A stretch of DNA of 64,000 nt. Origin: Okamejei kenojei (lineage: Eukaryota). A model generated the notes under the pieces. That model was not told the origin of the DNA and ran no database searches. It saw only the letters and a program-made list of their open reading frames with translations. The translations under genes and the position numbers were made by a program. Below are positions 59,096-64,000 of the stretch, one piece after another. Numbering within the stretch: position 1 is the stretch's first letter; each line of letters opens with the position of its first letter. The stretch lies in contig CM069162.1 in NCBI GenBank assembly GCA_035221665.1, forward strand, positions 31,868,001 to 31,932,000, in the 5' to 3' direction.

Positions 59096-59984
59096 TTCAG
59101 GACTAGGTCAGATCTCAGACATGTTCCGCCAATCAATTGGATCATGTTTGATCTCCCCTCAGCTCCTGACACTCAGCTTTGCTCCGCAGTCTTCGAGATT
59201 ACTCCATCTCAATCCTGAAACCTTCTGTCCATCCAGCGTCTCCATTTGGGGGAAGCAATTGCCAATTTAGTTTTTGTGAAAGTTAGGTAATCTTCCACTT
59301 TCCCCAACAAGGGAAGTAAGTCAGTCCTCTGTTGATTGTTAAAGAGTCGACTAAAAAGTGCAGGCAGATAAACAATCTGTTTGCTTCCTCTCTGTACCAC
59401 CTCTGACCGTTTGAATTCTGATCATAGGATTAATAGGTGAATTTATATTCCATAAAAGTCATAAATCAGGTTGGGTCTCAGATGACAAGTGATGTATATG
59501 CAGTCCCAGCCCTCTCCAAGTCCATTGCCCCAGACTAGTTTGTGTGTCAAGTGGTATTAAATTGCAATCTGACACCCATTGAAAGGTTAAATGTTTCCTT
59601 GATGATGTCTTGGTGGAACAGCGCAGTGCAATGGCTGTCAACTTGCAGAAACAACCTTATTCCATTTGTCCGGGATTGCTTCAGCTTTTTGTTCACCGGT
59701 TTGTTCATTTGGTCCTAGTCCAGACAGGCTGCGCCACTAATTGGATTGCAACCTTCTGCCATTTGTTTTACTTTCTTTCCCCTTGCGCTCATCACGGGTG
59801 AGTGATGAAGGTAGTGAAGAATAAAGTGCTGGAGGAGACCGCTGCGATGTGGTGTACCGTACCGAGCGAGCTAGCTAACCCCAGCCAGTTAAGATGCTGC
59901 GCTCAGCAGGGGAGAAAGGAAAACACTTTCCACGTGTCCTGGTCATCGTCAGGATTCCGTGCCACAAAAGCAACTCCATGCAAC

Positions 59985-60945
59985 CCAAGATAAACACAAA
60001 AAGATGGAGTATCTCAGCGGGTCAGGCAGCATCTCTGGAGAGAAGGAGTAGGTGCTGTTTCGGGTCGAGACCCTTCTTCAGACTGAGAGTCAGGGGAAAG
60101 GGAAACGAGAGATATAAACGGTGCTTTAGAGAGAAAAAGAACAAATGAATGAAAGATATGCAAAACAGTAACGGTGATGAAGGGGACAGGCCATTGTTAG
60201 CTGTGGGCCAGGAGAAAACGAGTTATAGACAACGTGACAACACGATAACTTTGAAACTAGTTTCCATGGAGCCCGTGCAGGTATCATCGGTCCTGGTAGT
60301 TAAGATCAAAATGGTTGATTCTTCATGGGATTCAGTGGAGATGAATGTGTAAAATTCATTCTCCTTCTTTAGACTTTATTTTAGTCTTTAGAGATACAGT
60401 GTGGAAACAAGCCCTTCGGCCGACCAACGATCACCCATACACTAGCACAATCCAACTCACCAGGGCCAGTAGACAATAGACAATAGGTGCAGGGGGAGGC
60501 CATTTGGCCCTTCAAGTCAGCACCGCCATTCACTGTGATCATGGCTGATCATCCACAATCAGTTCCCCGTTGCTGCCTTCTCCCCATATCCCCTGACTCC
60601 GCTATCTTTTAGAGCCCTATCTATCTCTCTCTTGAAAGTATGCAGTGCACACGCGTCTACTGGCCTCTGAGGCAGAGAATTCCACAAACTGACAACTCTC
60701 TGTTTCCTCGTCTCCGTTCTAAATGGCTTACTCCTTATTCTTAAAATTTACAATTTTTTACCAAAGCCAATTAACCTACAAACCTGTACGACTTTGGAGT
60801 GTGGGAGGAAACTGGGGCACCCGGAGAAAACCCACGCGGTCACGGGGAGAACGTACAAACTCCATACAGACAGCGCCCGTAGTCGGGATCGAACCCGGGT
60901 CTCTGGCGCTGTGAGGCAGCAACTCCACCACTGCACCACCGTGCC
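59985..60945 (-). mobile_element. Penelope pLTR (59985-60260) and an HE1 SINE (60380-60945) with a CR1 3' end inserted (60469-60745)
   Basis: Family consensus blocks; tagacaatagacaataggtgcagg CR1 tail. Confidence 0.78.
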
Positions 60946-61244
60946 AGCGTTTCCGATGAAGGAGTAAAGCAAGGTTTGACTGACTGTTCAGGAGCACTCT
61001 CCTGGAACCCACAACGTCCTCTCACGGGTAGATGGATAAATAGATACCTGCAGCTGGTAATATTCTAGGTGTGGAAATTGGTTGCCCACAGCAACTGCAA
61101 TTAAAAACTTGTAAATTGCTTGGGGATATCCCAAGGATCGGATGAAATGTAATATCAACGTATTGCCTTTGGGGCAGTAGCTAATAATAAGCGAGCCAGA
61201 GGGTATAGGTGTAAGGTGGCAGATGTAATAAGAACCTGACGTGT

Positions 61245-62730
61245 AACAAATGGTGGTGGGTGAATGGAACGAGCTGCCAGAGGAGGTAGTTGAGGCAGTT
61301 ACTATGGCAACATTTAAGAAGTACATGGATAGGGCAGGTTTAGAGGGATTTGGGCCGAAACGCGGGCAGGTGGGACTAGTGTAGCTGGGACACTTTGGCT
61401 GGTGTGGGCGAGTTGGGCCGAGGGGCCTGTCTCCACACTGTGTCACTCTGTGACTAAGTCTCTAATAAGGAAGAAAACATTCCAGACATCCCTTCCACAG
61501 ACCACCTGCACTGAATCTTGGCACCTAAATGTCAGCTGCTGAGTTACGTACGACATGGAACCAACAGAACTGCAGAAGGTGCCCTCAAGCACAACACGGT
61601 AGCAACAGCCATTGAAAGACCCGGATAGAGTAGATGTGGAGAGGATGTTTCCACTCGTGGGAGAGTCTCGGACCAGAGGCCACAGCCTCAAAACAAAAGG
61701 ACGTACCTTCAGTAAGGAGGTTTCTTTAGTCAGAGGGTGGTGAATGTGGGGTGGCTGTGGACGCCAAGTTGGCCTTCTGGATTTACTCTGCTCCTATCAT
61801 TCATGAAAGTCCTTTATGCAGCGCCCCATGGCGATCTCAAGGCAAAGCGCGTTACAGCCAGCTAATGCAAGAAACCGTAGCAGTGTTGTCAACTACCAGT
61901 GCATTTCCTCTATAAACGCTTGCTGCATATTAAACCGAGCTGGGCTCCCAGAGAAGCACTTGGCAAGGCCTTCTAGTTTGTTTGCATCAAGGATGCATCA
62001 ATGTGGCAGCAGGAATGTTTCCCCTTTCCTAATGAAACGTGAATTGAAGGCGCACTTGCCTGAACGCTGATGCTTTAAGCGAGCGTGAGCAGATTCCGGG
62101 AAGCTGGCTGTGTTTTCCAAATTGCTATGGGCGTAATATCGTGCTGATTGGATAATGCGTTTAAATTAGGAACAGATGCATCGTCTGACAGAGCCTGATT
62201 CCCAGATGGAATGTTATCATTTTACTGATTCTGTCTTTGCAGCTCGGTAAAGTGTCAGCTCATCTTCTGGGCCGCGTGGCCACTGGATCTACATACAGGG
62301 GCTGAACCTGGAGGTGCTGACTCAGCTGGGACTGGGACAGCAATGGCTCAGTACATCAGGCCGGGAATCATTTGTAATTACAATACTTTAGAGTGATACA
62401 GCGTGGAAACAGCCCCCTTCGGCCCAACATTACCCATACCAGCCAACATGTCCCAGCTACACTAGTCCCATCTGTCCATGTTTGGTCCAAATCCTTCCAA
62501 AACGGTCTGATCCATGTACCTGTATAACTGTCTCTTAAACATTAGGATGGTCCCTCAACTACCTCCTCCAGCAGCTCGTTCCATACACCCAACGCCCTCT
62601 GTGTGAAAAAGTTACCCCTCAGATTCCTATTAAATCTTTTCCCCTTCACCATAAACCTATGTCCTCTGGTCCTCGATTCACCTACTCTGGACAAGAGACT
62701 GTGCGTGTACCCGATCTATTCCTCTCCTGA
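61245..62730. mobile_element. CR1 3' fragments (61245-61455 +, 61615-61800 +, 62390-62728 -)
   Basis: tggaacgagctgccagaggaggtagttgaggcag; gaaaaagttacccctcagattcctattaaatc. Confidence 0.78.
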
Positions 62731-63183
62731 TAGTTTCCAATCGGATTGGATGTAATATAAAGGAATATTGGAGGAATTGATGTCCAATCCAGACACACTT
62801 CACCTTTCTGCTTGTTGTACAATGCAGTCTCCATCTCACGATGTGGTATTTCTAACATATTGTACCCTTCTGAAGCCTCAAGTAATCTGTAGTTGCATCT
62901 GTCGTGGCCAGATCAGGGTAAAGCAGATCATGGAGGTAAGATCTTCAGGGTCAAATATTGGGTCTGCTGGAACTGGGCTCTTGAATTATAGAAACAAAGA
63001 ACTGCAGATGCTGGTCTGAAGAAGGATCCTGACCCAAAATGTCACCCGTACCTTTGCTCCACAGATGTTGCCTGATCTACTGAGTTACTCCAGCACTCTA
63101 TGTCCATCTTTTTGAGTTATATGTCAGACTACTGGGGCCAAATTATTGGTTAAGATTTCCAATATGTGTGGAGAATAACAGTT

Positions 63184-63472
63184 TAGTTTAGTTTAGAGAT
63201 ACAGCGCGGAAACAGGCCCTTCGGCCCATCAGGTCTGCACCGTACGCCAGCACTATCACACACACTAGCGAGAATTTACAATTTTACCAAGGCCAATGAA
63301 CCTACAAACCCGCACGTTTTTGGTATGTGGGAGGAAACTGAGGCACCCGGAGAAAACTCATGCGGTCACAGGGCGAACGTGCGAACTCCATACAGACTGC
63401 ACCTGTGGTCAGGATGGAACCCGGGTCCCTGGCGCTGTGAGGCAGCAACTCTACCGCTGCGCCACCGTGCCG
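63184..63472 (-). mobile_element. Full-length HE1 SINE between ~96-bp diverged direct repeats
   Basis: (gttta)n tail to head ccgctgcgccaccgtgcc; repeats at 63088-63183 and 63475-63571. Confidence 0.88.
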
Positions 63473-63962
63473 GCCTCCAGCACTTTGTGGCCGTCTTTCT
63501 CAGTTATATGTCAAACCTCCTGGGGCCAAATTATGGATTCAAATTTCCGATATGTGTGGAAAATAACAGTTATGTCTTCACTCAGCCTGGGATTGATAAT
63601 GTCACGGCTACAGATGGAACAATACTTAAATACCAATTCTTCAGAAGATTAATAAGCCCAATGCTTTAGGTATTACTCCAATCAAAACGCTTATTATTCT
63701 GACAATATTTGAGAGCATTCAACAGCAAAGGAGATTTTGTATTTATGGCCATTTATGGCCCATTCATCGTTCATGGAGAGAGTTGCAGGGACTGGAATTT
63801 GACGGAATCAGGATTCTTCACCCTTTTCTCCTGAGATAATTAAATGACCTTTCCTGTAATTGGACAAGCAAAATCAAAGATAAATTGCGTTAGTCCCCGA
63901 GTGGTCCATTGGAGCTTCATCGGAACGTCAGGGAAAGAGAGATAGTGTTGGAAATAACACGC

Positions 63963-63963
<1 letters not shown>

Positions 63964-63995
<32 letters not shown>

Positions 63996-64000
63996 AGGGA
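63964..64000. repeat. (GA)n microsatellite running into a G tract
   Basis: Direct inspection. Confidence 0.95.

Overview
This is repeat-dense vertebrate genomic DNA, intronic or intergenic. The repeat families (HE1/V-SINEs sharing a 3' tail with CR1-clade LINEs) point to a cartilaginous fish, probably a skate or ray; the taxon is inferred. I recognise no intact host protein-coding gene, and nearly all predicted ORFs are pieces of decayed transposons or noise. Main contents: (1) the 5' part of a degenerate DIRS-type retrotransposon on the minus strand (1-~3638; RT, RNase H and methyltransferase motifs); (2) an L1 element with both ends and a 16-bp target-site duplication (TSD) (15175-20641), carrying a truncated Tc1 DD34E IR/DR transposon; (3) about 40 Penelope-like element (PLE) pseudo-LTR fragments, many with a minimal hammerhead-ribozyme core and many arranged as inverted arms; (4) about 24 HE1-type SINEs, many CR1 3' fragments, Rex1/Babar-like tails, a Vingi/Ingi-like 3' end and PIF/Harbinger-like MITEs; (5) mini- and microsatellites, and two N gaps. 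The most notable signals are the hammerhead-bearing Penelope family, a non-coding LINE-dependent element family with covarying GCAA stem-loops, and splice signals in the DIRS leader. All assignments are by eye, without database searches, so boundaries are approximate unless a TSD is given.
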